Below, piece after piece: positions 20,217 to 29,642 of a DNA stretch of 64,000 nt (position 1 is its first letter; every line of letters begins with the position of its first letter). This DNA is from Polyangiales bacterium. GTDB taxonomy: Bacteria; Myxococcota_A; Polyangia; Polyangiales; Ga0077539. The DNA is taken from positions 832,001 through 896,000 of the forward strand of contig JBGARZ010000001.1 in NCBI GenBank assembly GCA_044229975.1, written 5' to 3'. The notes beneath the pieces were generated by a model. The model was not told the DNA's origin. It was given only the letters and a program-made list of their open reading frames with translations, and ran no database searches. The translations under genes and the position numbers were made by a program.

Positions 20217-21890
20217 ATGCCCACCCCGATGCTGCCGAACGTGCTGCTTCGTCCTACCGTCGCGACCCTCACCGAGCTCCGCGCGAGCGGTCCTGCGGCG
20301 GAGTCGATCGCGTCCCTGGTGGTCGACGCCGACGTCGCGCCCGACGCGTGCGGGCTGCCGCGCTCGGTGGCGTTGGAGGCGTTCTGGCCGCTGGTGGTGG
20401 CCGAGGAGGGCGACGTCGCGCGCATCGTCGCGTCGCGCGCCGTGATGGTGCGGCGGGCCGATGGGGATGGTGTTCCGGTCGGGCTGCGGGCGTACCTCGT
20501 GAGCGGCGAGGCGGTGCGGGTGCACCCGCGGGTCGCGGCGGTGATCGCGGACGGTCGCGAGACACACGACGTCGCGGTGCGCGGCTTGTGGTCGGACGCG
20601 GCGGTGGCCGACCGCGCGGCGATGGCACCATGGCGGGCGCCCACCGACGGAGCGCCGACGATCAGCGCAGGGGCGCGGCTGGGCCTGTGGGAGCTGACGC
20701 GCGACGGAGCAGTCGACGACGCGCGGGTCTACGCGAGCGACGACGAGCTCATGGCCGCGTGGGAGAGCGGGCTCGTCGCGCACGACACGCTGGTGCGCGC
20801 TCGCATCGATGGGCGTCGTGGCGTGACCACGGCGGGGCGGGTGTGGTTGTGGCGCGCGCTGCCTGCGGGCGTGCGATTCGCGACGGTCGATCGGGCCATC
20901 GACGCCGTGGCGCTGACGGAGGTGATCGCCGCGTTGTGCGACGGGCTCGACGCCGAGGCGCGGTGGCGGCGACGGGCGGCGCTCGACGACGCGGGTTGGC
21001 GCTGGCTGGCGCGCAGCGGGTTCTCGGTGGGCGTCGACGACCTGCGGGCGAGCGACGGGCGGGACGCGGCGATGGCGGAGACGACGGAGCGTGTGCGAGG
21101 GGTCGAGCAGGCGTTTGTCGACGAGCTCATCACCGACGGTGAGCGGTACAACAAGGTCATCGACGTGTGGTCGGGGATGGCAGCGCGGTGCGAGCGCGCG
21201 TACGCCGACGTGCGCGGCGACGGCGTGATGTCCTCGTGGCGACGCGCCGGGGTGGTGCCCGGAGCCCAGGACGCGCGACGTTTGCTGGACCACTACGGAT
21301 CGGTCACGAAACCCTCACGGGAGCCGTATGAGCGACCGGTGTTCGGGTCGCCAGCGCGGGGATTCGACGCACACGATATGGCCCTCGTCGCGACCACGGA
21401 GCGAGCGGAGACCGTGCGGGCGGCGGCGCGGCTGGACGACACGCGGAAGGTGGTTCGGGCCCTGGCGCGCAGCCTCGCGACGCAGCGGGTGACGGTCGAC
21501 GACTGCGGGACGACGCGCGGCGCGCTGGTGTGTCCGTGGACCCAGGAGGAGCGCGATCGCATCGGGACGAGCCGTCCGCCCGAGGGCCGATGGACGGCGG
21601 GGCGCGTGCTGGCGGAGGACGTTCGGTGGGGCGACGGCGTGCTCATCGCGGCGGCCGGGACGATGCTCGACGCCAGGGCACTGCTGCTCGTGGGCAACGC
21701 CCGCATCGACTTCGTGCGCGTGCGCTCGCCGCGCACCTGCGAGGCATCGGGAGGCGTGTGCGCGCGGTGCTGGGGACACGACGAGACGGGCGCCTTTCCC
21801 ACGGTGGGCGAGGCCATCGGCGCGAAGGCGCTGCTCACGCTGCGGCGCACGCTCGCGAAGGCGAAGGCCGTCACCTTCCACATCTGCTGA
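20217..21890 (+). CDS. catalytically inactive paralogue of the RNA polymerase beta' central region
   Basis: Collinear motifs CGLPRSVALEAFWP, VHPRV, LGLWELTRD, TTAGR, ARSGFSVGVDDL, ITDGERYNKVIDVWS, DDCGT, GRVLAEDV, VRSPRTC..GVCARCWG, GEAIG..TFHI; NADFDGD is absent. Confidence 0.85.
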   Translation: MPTPMLPNVLLRPTVATLTELRASGPAAESIASLVVDADVAPDACGLPRSVALEAFWPLVVAEEGDVARIVASRAVMVRRADGDGVPVGLRAYLVSGEAVRVHPRVAAVIADGRETHDVAVRGLWSDAAVADRAAMAPWRAPTDGAPTISAGARLGLWELTRDGAVDDARVYASDDELMAAWESGLVAHDTLVRARIDGRRGVTTAGRVWLWRALPAGVRFATVDRAIDAVALTEVIAALCDGLDAEARWRRRAALDDAGWRWLARSGFSVGVDDLRASDGRDAAMAETTERVRGVEQAFVDELITDGERYNKVIDVWSGMAARCERAYADVRGDGVMSSWRRAGVVPGAQDARRLLDHYGSVTKPSREPYERPVFGSPARGFDAHDMALVATTERAETVRAAARLDDTRKVVRALARSLATQRVTVDDCGTTRGALVCPWTQEERDRIGTSRPPEGRWTAGRVLAEDVRWGDGVLIAAAGTMLDARALLLVGNARIDFVRVRSPRTCEASGGVCARCWGHDETGAFPTVGEAIGAKALLTLRRTLAKAKAVTFHIC

Positions 21891-21910
21891 CGACGAGAGG
21901 AGCACGAGCG

Positions 21911-22621
21911 ATGGAACACCAGACGCAGTCTGACGGGAGGGTCCGGTTTCGCGGCGTCGTGGCCGAAGAGCAGATCGACGAGGTCACGAGCCTCTCGTGG
22001 TCGAAGGCGGCGACCGATGGCTACATCGAGATCGTCGGAGCCGACTGGCGGGTCCTGCAACGGGTCGCGGTGCGAACGGGTGACCGGATCTTCGTCGAGG
22101 ACGGGGCCAAGGTCGCCGCGGGGGCACGGATCGCCTACTACAGCCATGAGCAGTACCGCGACCGCCCCTTCGCCGATCGGCCCAGCGGCGCGGCCCGGCT
22201 GGCGGATCTGCTACGGGCGCATCACCCGGATCGCGCGGCGGTGCTCACGCCCATCGCCGGGACGGCGAAGCTGGATACCGTGGGCGCCGACGTGCGCGTG
22301 CGCGTGGAGGCCGACGACGGCGCGTCGTGGCAGCGGGTGGTGGGCAGGCGTCACTCCTTCTGGCTGCGGGACGGCGATCAGCTCGACGTCGGTGACGTGC
22401 TCACCGATGGAGAGCGCGACCACCACGAGCTCCTCGCGCTGTGGGGGCGCGAGCGCTTCGAGGCGCACCTCTTCGAGGAGATTGACCAGGTCTTCACGGC
22501 CGCGCGGCTCGCCGTCGCGCCCAACGTGCTCGACCTCGTCACGCGCGAGGCCGTCGTCGACACGCCCGACGGGCCGCGGCTACGCCCGCTGCGGGAGTTT
22601 CCCGACCGCAGTGAGCGGTAG
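21911..22621 (+). CDS. paralogue of the RNA polymerase beta' SI3/jaw region (continues the upstream gene)
   Basis: GDRIFVEDGAKVAAGARIA (sandwich-barrel hybrid motif), SGAARLADLLRAHHP (~GGLPRVADLFEARRP), DGDQLDVGDVLTDGERDHHELL, LFEEIDQVF; own GAGGAG RBS. Confidence 0.8.
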   Translation: MEHQTQSDGRVRFRGVVAEEQIDEVTSLSWSKAATDGYIEIVGADWRVLQRVAVRTGDRIFVEDGAKVAAGARIAYYSHEQYRDRPFADRPSGAARLADLLRAHHPDRAAVLTPIAGTAKLDTVGADVRVRVEADDGASWQRVVGRRHSFWLRDGDQLDVGDVLTDGERDHHELLALWGRERFEAHLFEEIDQVFTAARLAVAPNVLDLVTREAVVDTPDGPRLRPLREFPDRSER

Positions 22622-22678
22622 CGCCGCGTGCAACCGCGCTTGTCGTACGCGGCGGCCCGCCCCACCGACTGCGTCGCG

Positions 22679-23158
22679 ATGCTCAACGCGCTCACGTTCG
22701 TGTTGCTGGCGCTTCCCGTGTTCCCGGAGGTCGTCATCGCCGTGATGCTCTTCTGGGCCGAGCGCCAGGCGTCGCGGGCGGGCATGGTGCGAGCGCCGCT
22801 CGCGCCCTGGAGGGTCGTGCTGGAGGGACAGTCACTCACGATCTTCGAACCGACCAGGGCCCCGGTACGCCTCCTCCTCGCGGACATCCGCGCCGCGCGC
22901 GATGTCGCCTGGGACGGCTTCGAGGTGCCGCGGGGGTGGAGCGACACGCTCGTGCTCGACCTGACGGGCCCGAACTCCCACACCGTGAAGATCCCGCTGC
23001 GAGATCTCCTCTTCCAGCACGCCGTCGGTCTGCCCTATCGCAACGCATCTTCCGACCGGGTGGTGGGCGACGGCTTTCGCCTGCTCGACGCGGTGCGCGC
23101 TCACGGCGTCGCAGTCGAGACGGTCCTCCTCGATTCGCCTGTCGACGGCTGGGTCTGA
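22679..23158 (+). CDS. hypothetical membrane-anchored protein (PH-like domain?)
   Basis: N-terminal hydrophobic segment; plausible ORF. Confidence 0.55.
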   Translation: MLNALTFVLLALPVFPEVVIAVMLFWAERQASRAGMVRAPLAPWRVVLEGQSLTIFEPTRAPVRLLLADIRAARDVAWDGFEVPRGWSDTLVLDLTGPNSHTVKIPLRDLLFQHAVGLPYRNASSDRVVGDGFRLLDAVRAHGVAVETVLLDSPVDGWV

Positions 23159-23212
23159 CCGCACAACAGTTGATGCAGCGATCGCCGCGGCGCTCTGGTA
23201 TCGCTGGACGAC

Positions 23213-24850
23213 ATGAGCCCGCTCGCACGCCTGTCTCGGATCGCGGCGCTGCCCGTGCTGCTGGTCGCCTGCTCGTCCGACCCTTCGCCCGCCGCCGACG
23301 CTGGCGCCTCCGACGCGTCGCCCGTTGCCGATGCGAGCGCGGCCAACCCGGTCGTCGTCACCACGCTCGGCCCCGTGCGCGGCGCCGTCCGGGACGACGT
23401 CGCCCACTTCTACGGCATCCCCTTCGCGGCCCCGCCGGTCGGCGCGAGGCGCTGGCGTGCGCCCGAGCCCGGCGTCGCATGGACCACGACGCGCGACGCC
23501 ACCCGCAAGGCAGCGGCGTGCCCGCAGCCCGAGGGCTTCTTCCTCGCGGGCAGCGAGGCCAGCGAAGACTGCCTCTTCCTCAACGTGTGGCGGCCTCCCG
23601 CGGCGACGGCGGGGCGCCTGCCCGTGATGGTGTTCATCCACGGTGGCGGGTTCAACTCGGGCACCGCCAACGACGAGCAGTTCGACGGCACCGCGCTCGC
23701 GCTGCGCGGCGCCGTGGTCATCAACTTCAATTACCGGCTCTCGCAGCTCGGCTTCCTCGCCCACACCGCCCTCGTCGCGGAAGACACCGCGCACCACGCC
23801 AGCGGCAACTACGGCCTCATGGACCAGCAGCTCGCCCTCCGCTGGGTGCGCGACAACGCCGCGGCCTTCGGCGGCGACCCGGGCAACGTGACCCTCTTCG
23901 GCGAGTCGGCGGGCGGCATCTCCATCTGCGCGCACCTCACGTCGCCGCTCTCGGCGGGGCTCTTCCACCGCGCCATCTCGCAGAGCGGACCGTGCAGCTA
24001 CACCATCACCCCGCTGCGCGACGAGGACGCCCGCGCGCCCGTGCAGTCGGCCGTCTCGCAGGGCCGCCTCTTCGCGCAGGCGCTCGGCTGCGGCGACGCG
24101 ACCGACGTCGCCGCGTGCATGCGCTCGCGCTCCGTCGAGGAGGTGCTCGCCGCCGCGCCACGCCTCACCGAGCTCGAACGCTTCGGCGCCCGCTACCAGC
24201 CCATCGTCGACGGCTACGTGCTCCCGGAGCCGCCGTGGACGGCCCTGCGGGCGGGGCGCTTCCACCGCGTGCCGTTCATCACGGGCTCCAACCAGGACGA
24301 GGGGACGGTGTTTACGACCGACCTCGTCATCGCCGACGAGGCCGCCTTCCGGGATGCGGTGCGTCGGCTCGTTCCCGATCACGTCGACGAGGTGCTGCGG
24401 CTCTATCCCATCTCCTCCTTTGCCAACGCGCACGCGGCCTTCACGGCCTTCGCCGGTGACGCCGCGTTCGGGTGCGCCTCCCGCGCCCAGGCCCGCCTCG
24501 TCGCCGCCACCGGAACCCCCGCCTACCAGTACTACTTCTCGCGCCTCAACCCCGGCGAGCGCGCCCTCGGCCTCGGCGTGTACCACTCGTCCGAGCTCGC
24601 CTACGTGTTCGGGCGCTTCACCGGGTTGCTGATTCGCGCGGCCCCCGACGCCGCGGTCTCCGAGGCCATGGGCAGCGCGTGGGTGCGCTTCGCAACGTCA
24701 GGCGACCCCAACGCGGCGGGCACCTCGACGTGGCCGGCGTTCACGGCCGCCAACGACACGTACCTGGAGTTTGGCGACACCATCCGCACCGCGACGGGGC
24801 TGCACCGCGAGCGCTGCGACGCCCTCGAAGCATGGATCGACCCGCCGTGA
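23213..24850 (+). CDS. type-B carboxylesterase lipoprotein
   Basis: GIPFAAPPVG, SEDCLFLNVW, FIHGGGF, FGESAGG, GSNQDEG, YHSSEL. Confidence 0.95.
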   Translation: MSPLARLSRIAALPVLLVACSSDPSPAADAGASDASPVADASAANPVVVTTLGPVRGAVRDDVAHFYGIPFAAPPVGARRWRAPEPGVAWTTTRDATRKAAACPQPEGFFLAGSEASEDCLFLNVWRPPAATAGRLPVMVFIHGGGFNSGTANDEQFDGTALALRGAVVINFNYRLSQLGFLAHTALVAEDTAHHASGNYGLMDQQLALRWVRDNAAAFGGDPGNVTLFGESAGGISICAHLTSPLSAGLFHRAISQSGPCSYTITPLRDEDARAPVQSAVSQGRLFAQALGCGDATDVAACMRSRSVEEVLAAAPRLTELERFGARYQPIVDGYVLPEPPWTALRAGRFHRVPFITGSNQDEGTVFTTDLVIADEAAFRDAVRRLVPDHVDEVLRLYPISSFANAHAAFTAFAGDAAFGCASRAQARLVAATGTPAYQYYFSRLNPGERALGLGVYHSSELAYVFGRFTGLLIRAAPDAAVSEAMGSAWVRFATSGDPNAAGTSTWPAFTAANDTYLEFGDTIRTATGLHRERCDALEAWIDPP

Positions 24851-24898
24851 TGGGCGGGGGTGAGACCTGCTCGCCGGAAGACCTTGGCGGCCACGCCG

Positions 24899-25047
24899 GC
24901 AAGAGTTCTGACGGGTTGAATCGGGCGCAAGGGCGCCAGGATCGCAAGGAAGGAATGAACAGAGCGACTCATCAACACTTCATCTCATCTCGTCTTGTCC
25001 TTGCGGCCCTGGCGCCCTTGCGGCCTCCATCCCTTCAGAACTCTTGC
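24899..25047. repeat. nested imperfect palindrome (REP/MITE-like)
   Basis: Perfect 13-bp outer inverted repeat GCAAGAGTTCTGA (24899-24911 / 25035-25047); inner 25-bp inverted repeat (24926-24950 / 24998-25022) with 23/25 match. Confidence 0.8.
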
Positions 25048-25137
25048 GATGCGACACCAGAGCGGTGGGCGCGGGGGTCTGGTGCAACGCGCGATGGAAG
25101 CGAACCTTCGGCCGCGAGGCAGCCGGGCTCCAGAGCG

Positions 25138-26106
25138 GTGTATCCGCGCCTGACGCCGCTGCTCGTGGCCGCGGTAGGGCTGTGGGCCTGTCGCAGTGTT
25201 CCGCCCGTGGTGACGGTGGCGCCCAACGCACCCGCCATGGATCAGCCCCCGGCCGAGCCCGTCGCGACCGAGCCCATCGCGACCGTGCCCGCGGCGCCTC
25301 CACACGACGTCGCGGCGCCCATCCCGACGTCGCTCTGTGCGCAGCTCGCGGCGACCACCGAGGCCGCGCTCACGAGAGCCGTCCCGGGCCCGGCGCACCC
25401 GGCGGCGGAGCACCTGCGCTCGATCGACGACCTGCGAAACAGCAGCGCGTCGGCGGTGCTCGAGGCCCTGCGATGCGTCGAGGCCGAGGGAGCCGCCTGG
25501 GGCCTGGTCGTCGAGGACGCGCGGGTCAGCGACGGAGGTTGCTACACGAGCGGCTGCGAGTTCTTGCAAGCGCGGGTGGCCTTCGCGCGGCTCGGAGCCG
25601 ACGGCGTGCGGACGACGGTGCCCTTCCGCTACGGCGTGAGCGGCAACGACGAGGTGCTCGCAGGGTCCAACTGCTGCGCGATCTACGGCGTGTTCGAGGT
25701 CGACGCGCTGCGCGTGTGGCGCGGCGACGACGGCGCGCCGCGGGTGCTGCTGCACACCACCCAGGAAGGCAACGAGGGGCACCACGTCGAGAGCGCGGCC
25801 CTGTGGCGCTTCGTCGACGGGCGCTTCGAGCCCGCGTCGATGCCGGGCCGCGCGGCGGTGCAGTTGGAGTCCCGCGGCTCGTGGCTCTTCGACGCCCAGG
25901 ACGTCAACGGCGACGGTCGCCGCGACCTCCTGATGCGCATCTGGAGACGCGAGGTGTGCAGTCCCGACAGCGGGTTCTGTGGCGTGGTCGCGGGCCCCGG
26001 GCGATGGCTTCGATCGCTGCCGGGTGACCGCTGGGCAGCCCCGGCTCCGTGGCCCCGCAGGTGGCGCCCGGAGCCGCCGTTCTCGCGCTCGTCGTCCGGC
26101 GAGTGA
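25138..26106 (+). CDS. hypothetical lipoprotein
   Basis: VGLWAC lipobox, Pro-rich linker, DVNGDGRRDL motif. Confidence 0.65.
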   Translation: MYPRLTPLLVAAVGLWACRSVPPVVTVAPNAPAMDQPPAEPVATEPIATVPAAPPHDVAAPIPTSLCAQLAATTEAALTRAVPGPAHPAAEHLRSIDDLRNSSASAVLEALRCVEAEGAAWGLVVEDARVSDGGCYTSGCEFLQARVAFARLGADGVRTTVPFRYGVSGNDEVLAGSNCCAIYGVFEVDALRVWRGDDGAPRVLLHTTQEGNEGHHVESAALWRFVDGRFEPASMPGRAAVQLESRGSWLFDAQDVNGDGRRDLLMRIWRREVCSPDSGFCGVVAGPGRWLRSLPGDRWAAPAPWPRRWRPEPPFSRSSSGE

Positions 26107-26180
26107 CATCGAAGTCGGCAGCACCCGCGACGACGCACGGCGTACCATCGCGTCCCATGTCGAACTGGATGGAGCCCCCG

Positions 26181-26591
26181 ATGAAGACCCGCGTGGCACT
26201 CGCTCTGCTCACACCGCTCGCGCTCGCGGGGACAGCCCTCGCGCAACGAGGCAGCCCTCGCACACCGCAGGTCCGGATGGGGGCGACGCAGGTGAGCGGG
26301 CGGCTCCCCCCTGAGGTCATCCAGCGCATCGTGCGGCAGAACTTCGGGCGCTTCCGGCTCTGCTACGAGAACGGCCTGCGCAACAACCGCAACCTCCAGG
26401 GACGCGTCTCCGTGCGCTTCGTCATCGGCCGCGACGGCGCCGTCTCGAACGTCGGCAACGGCGGCAGCGACATGCCCGACAGCGGCGTCGTTTCGTGTGT
26501 GGTGCGGGCGTTCTACGGGCTCTCGTTTCCGCAGCCCGAGGGGGGCATCGTGACGGTGACGTACCCGATCATGTTCTCGCCCGGCGGCTGA
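26181..26591 (+). CDS. secreted stand-alone AgmX/PglI C-terminal domain protein
   Basis: GRLPPEVIQRIVRQNFGRFRLCYENGL..LQGRVSVRFVI..FPQPEGGIVTVTYP. Confidence 0.9.
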   Translation: MKTRVALALLTPLALAGTALAQRGSPRTPQVRMGATQVSGRLPPEVIQRIVRQNFGRFRLCYENGLRNNRNLQGRVSVRFVIGRDGAVSNVGNGGSDMPDSGVVSCVVRAFYGLSFPQPEGGIVTVTYPIMFSPGG

Positions 26592-26732
26592 GCGCTGCGC
26601 GGCTCCGCCCTGCCGTGGGCGTCCGCGCGTCGAGCGAGACGAAGCGCTGTATCCGCGGCCCCGCGCCTGCGTATGGTGTGGCCGCTCGGTGCGTGCCGCT
26701 GGATGGCACGACCGCACCACGAGAGACACTGC

Positions 26733-27605
26733 ATGAACTTCTGGGATCGCACCTGGGCCCTCACCCGCATGACCTTCGACGTCATCCGGAAGGACCGTGA
26801 GATGCTGCTCTTTCCCCTCATCGCCGGGGTGCTGTCGGCGGCCTTCAGCGCCGCGATGCTCTTCCCGACCATCCTCTCGCACCTCCTGGAGGGCGCCGGG
26901 GCGTCGGCCATGGTGTGGGGGCCGCTGCAATACGCGGCCATGTTCGGGACGTACTTCGGCCTCGCCTTCATCGCGACCTTCGCCAACGTCTGCGTGGTGT
27001 ACACGACCAAGGTTCGCCTCGAAGGCGGCGACGCGACCTTCGGTGACAGCGTGGGCTTCGCGTTCTCGCGCATCGGCCGCATCGCCGGGTGGAGCCTCGT
27101 GTCGGCGAGCGTCGGGATGTTTCTCCGCGCGCTGGAAAACGCCGCGCAAAACGCCAAGGGCATCGGCGGCATCCTGCTGTCCATCCTCCGGGCGGTCCTC
27201 GCCACGGCGTGGACGGTCGTCACGCTCTTCGTCGTGCCCGCGATGGTGTACCGCGACCTCGGGCCCATCGACGCGATCTCGTCCTCCATGCAGACCCTGA
27301 AGGCGACCTGGGGCGAGAGCATCGTGCGCCACTACGGCATGGGCCTGGCGTCGTTTGTCTTCTACCTCCTGGGCGTGCTCGGGGTGATCGGCGTGGTGAT
27401 GGGCCTCGGCGCGGGCCTGCCGCCCGTGGTGGGCATCGCCGCCCTCGTGGTGCTCGGCCTCTACCTCCTCGGGGTCGCGCTGGTGTTCGGCGTCGCCAAC
27501 TCCGTCTACAACACCGCCCTCTACCACTACGCCGCCACCGGCCAGGTTCCCGCCGGCTACGAGCCCTCGTTCGTGCAGGGCGCCTTCCGCCCCGCCAACG
27601 CCTGA
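26733..27605 (+). CDS. DUF6159-like membrane protein
   Basis: IRKDREMLLFP, LKATWGESIV, TALYHYAATG. Confidence 0.75.
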   Translation: MNFWDRTWALTRMTFDVIRKDREMLLFPLIAGVLSAAFSAAMLFPTILSHLLEGAGASAMVWGPLQYAAMFGTYFGLAFIATFANVCVVYTTKVRLEGGDATFGDSVGFAFSRIGRIAGWSLVSASVGMFLRALENAAQNAKGIGGILLSILRAVLATAWTVVTLFVVPAMVYRDLGPIDAISSSMQTLKATWGESIVRHYGMGLASFVFYLLGVLGVIGVVMGLGAGLPPVVGIAALVVLGLYLLGVALVFGVANSVYNTALYHYAATGQVPAGYEPSFVQGAFRPANA

Positions 27606-27654
27606 CCGAGACCCACCGCCGCGCGCGTCTCGACCTGGGACACCGGGGAGCCGC

Positions 27655-28302
27655 TCAGGACACTCCCTCCGCCGCGGGCTCAACGCGCGCCGCGCTCGCG
27701 AGGAGCAGCGCGGCGCCCGCGGCGAGCCACAGGCCACCGAGCCCGACGAGCCGATGAGCGAGTGCGCCCGCCGCGGCTCCCACCACCAGACCGGCCCACA
27801 GCAGCGCGTACGGCACCCAGGCCAAGCGCTCCCCGCCGCTGAGCGCAGTCGCGAGGCGCTGGCCGAGCTTCACGAGGGTGCCGGTCATGTACGTCACGCC
27901 GATGCTCACCTCGCCGTCGCGTTGGAAGACCGCGTTCTCGGCGCCCATCGCCATCGCCATGACCGCGGCCGCGGCGCGCGGCGCAGCGCCTGCGGCCAGC
28001 AGGGCCGCCGCCGCGAGCAGCGACGCGACGACGAGGAGCACGGCCGCCCGACGACGCGGGCCCGCCGCACGGCCGACGAGGGTCCCGCCGGTGACCCCGA
28101 GCACGAACGCGCCCACGAGCGACGTCGCCTGCACCGCCGCCCCTGCCCCCGTCACGAGGCCCACGCCGACCCGCGTGGAGTTGCCGCTCATGAAGCTCAC
28201 GAAGAAGCCGTCGAGTGACAGGAAGCCCAGCGCGTCGACGTAGCCCGCGAGCGCCGAGAGGCAAATAGCGAAGAGACGGTCGCGGCGGTCGGTCCGGGTC
28301 AC
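27655..28302 (-). CDS. YoaK/DUF1275 family membrane protein
   Basis: AGYVDALGF..FVSFMSGN, AMGAEN, TYMTGTL. Confidence 0.9.
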   Translation of the reverse strand: MTRTDRRDRLFAICLSALAGYVDALGFLSLDGFFVSFMSGNSTRVGVGLVTGAGAAVQATSLVGAFVLGVTGGTLVGRAAGPRRRAAVLLVVASLLAAAALLAAGAAPRAAAAVMAMAMGAENAVFQRDGEVSIGVTYMTGTLVKLGQRLATALSGGERLAWVPYALLWAGLVVGAAAGALAHRLVGLGGLWLAAGAALLLASAARVEPAAEGVS

Positions 28303-28627
28303 GCCGGAGGGGTACCGCCAAGGCCCTCCGATGGCGAGAGGTTGTGTCTCCCCCTGCGGTCACCATCGACCGCGGTGAGGCTGCCAGCGAGCGTGAGCGT
28401 CTCCTCCAGCGCCCACGCGTCGCCTCGTCCGCAACCCCCTCCTCCGCTCACGTCACCCTCCCCTCCGGGTGCCATCAACGGTCCCCTTCGTCGTCGGAGG
28501 AGGAATCGTCATCCACCCGGAAACCTCCCCTCCACCCCCCTCCGATACATGCGCAGACCACGTGAACCGTGGCCTCCGGACCCGGGATCCTCCCCTCCGG
28601 TCGTCTGCACCCCATCGGAGTCACGCC

Positions 28628-29432
28628 ATGACCGACCAGTACATCGACAACGCCGCCGCCCAGATCTACGGCCCCACGCTCTGCGCCAACATCCAGCGCC
28701 TGCTCGGCCGCGAGCTCGCCGACGTCCCGGCTCCCCTGCAGGGGACCCTCCGCTACGTCATGCAGCGCCAGTCCGAGGCCGACGGCCTCATCGTCACCGC
28801 GCTCGGTGCCGCCCGCGCGCGGGTCTCCTCCCTTTCCGCCGCGGCCGAGGCCAAGGCTCCCGTCCTCGTCGACGCGCGCAAGGCGATGCGCTCCCTCTGG
28901 AAGCTCCTCGACGCCCGCCGCGAGAGTGGCCAATGGACCGGCGACCTGGCGCTCTTCTTTCCCGACGGCCTCGGCGGCATCCCGAAGTTCGGGCGCACGC
29001 TCCTCCCCGCGATGCGCGCCACCCTCGCCGCCCTCCGCGCCGACGCCACGGTCCCCGAGCGCGCGGAGCAGCTTCGACGGCTCACCCGCGCCGAGCAGTC
29101 CCTCGCCGCCCACGTCGGCACCACCCAGGACGCCCACCACGAGGCCCGCGGCGTCCTCTCCGAGCAGGCCGCCGAGAAGCTCGCGTGGCTCGTCACCTAC
29201 CGCGGCAACGTCCTGCTCGTCGAAGGGGCGCTCGCCCACGCCGGGCGCCTCGATCTGCTGACCACGACGGTTCCGCACCTCGCGGTCCGCGACGGGTCGG
29301 CGAAGCCCGCCGCGCCCGTCGACGGCCGGACCTGCGCCGATCGATCTGCTGACCACGACGGTTCCGCACCTCGCGGTCCGCGACGGGTCGGCGAAGCCCG
29401 CCGCGCCCGTCGAGCCCGCGCCCGTCGGGTGA
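28628..29432 (+). CDS. helical hypothetical protein whose 3' end is frameshifted by a duplication
   Basis: GGAG RBS before the ATG; without the 91-bp duplication the frame ends PVEPAPVG* at 29432. Confidence 0.6.
29250..29413 (+). repeat. perfect 73-bp direct repeat with 18-bp spacer
   Basis: 29250-29322 is identical to 29341-29413. Confidence 0.9.
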
Positions 29433-29642
29433 CGCGACGGCCGCTCCCTCCCTCCTTCCGACCTGCGCCCTCGATCAGCTCCAATCTTCGACGCGACGCC
29501 AGCTCATGGCACCGGGTGGAGTTTCCTGACGTTCGGAGTCGGCGGTGGCGTCGTGGTCCCATGGCGCCACCGCCGCTCGCGCCCTCGCCACCGCCTACTC
29601 CGAACCTCGGGTGGCGCAGTGTGCTGGAATGGGCTCTCGGTC

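Noticed and set aside
20204..20220. sigma54 promoter upstream of pseudo-rpoC (TGGCAC...TGC)
   Set aside because: GG-to-GC spacing is 11 nt instead of 10, and it overlaps the putative start codon
20217..22621. Genuine housekeeping rpoC
   Set aside because: No NADFDGD, no N-terminal clamp region, no adjacent rpoB or ribosomal genes
29250..29413. CRISPR array
   Set aside because: Only two 73-bp copies of coding sequence; no cas genes
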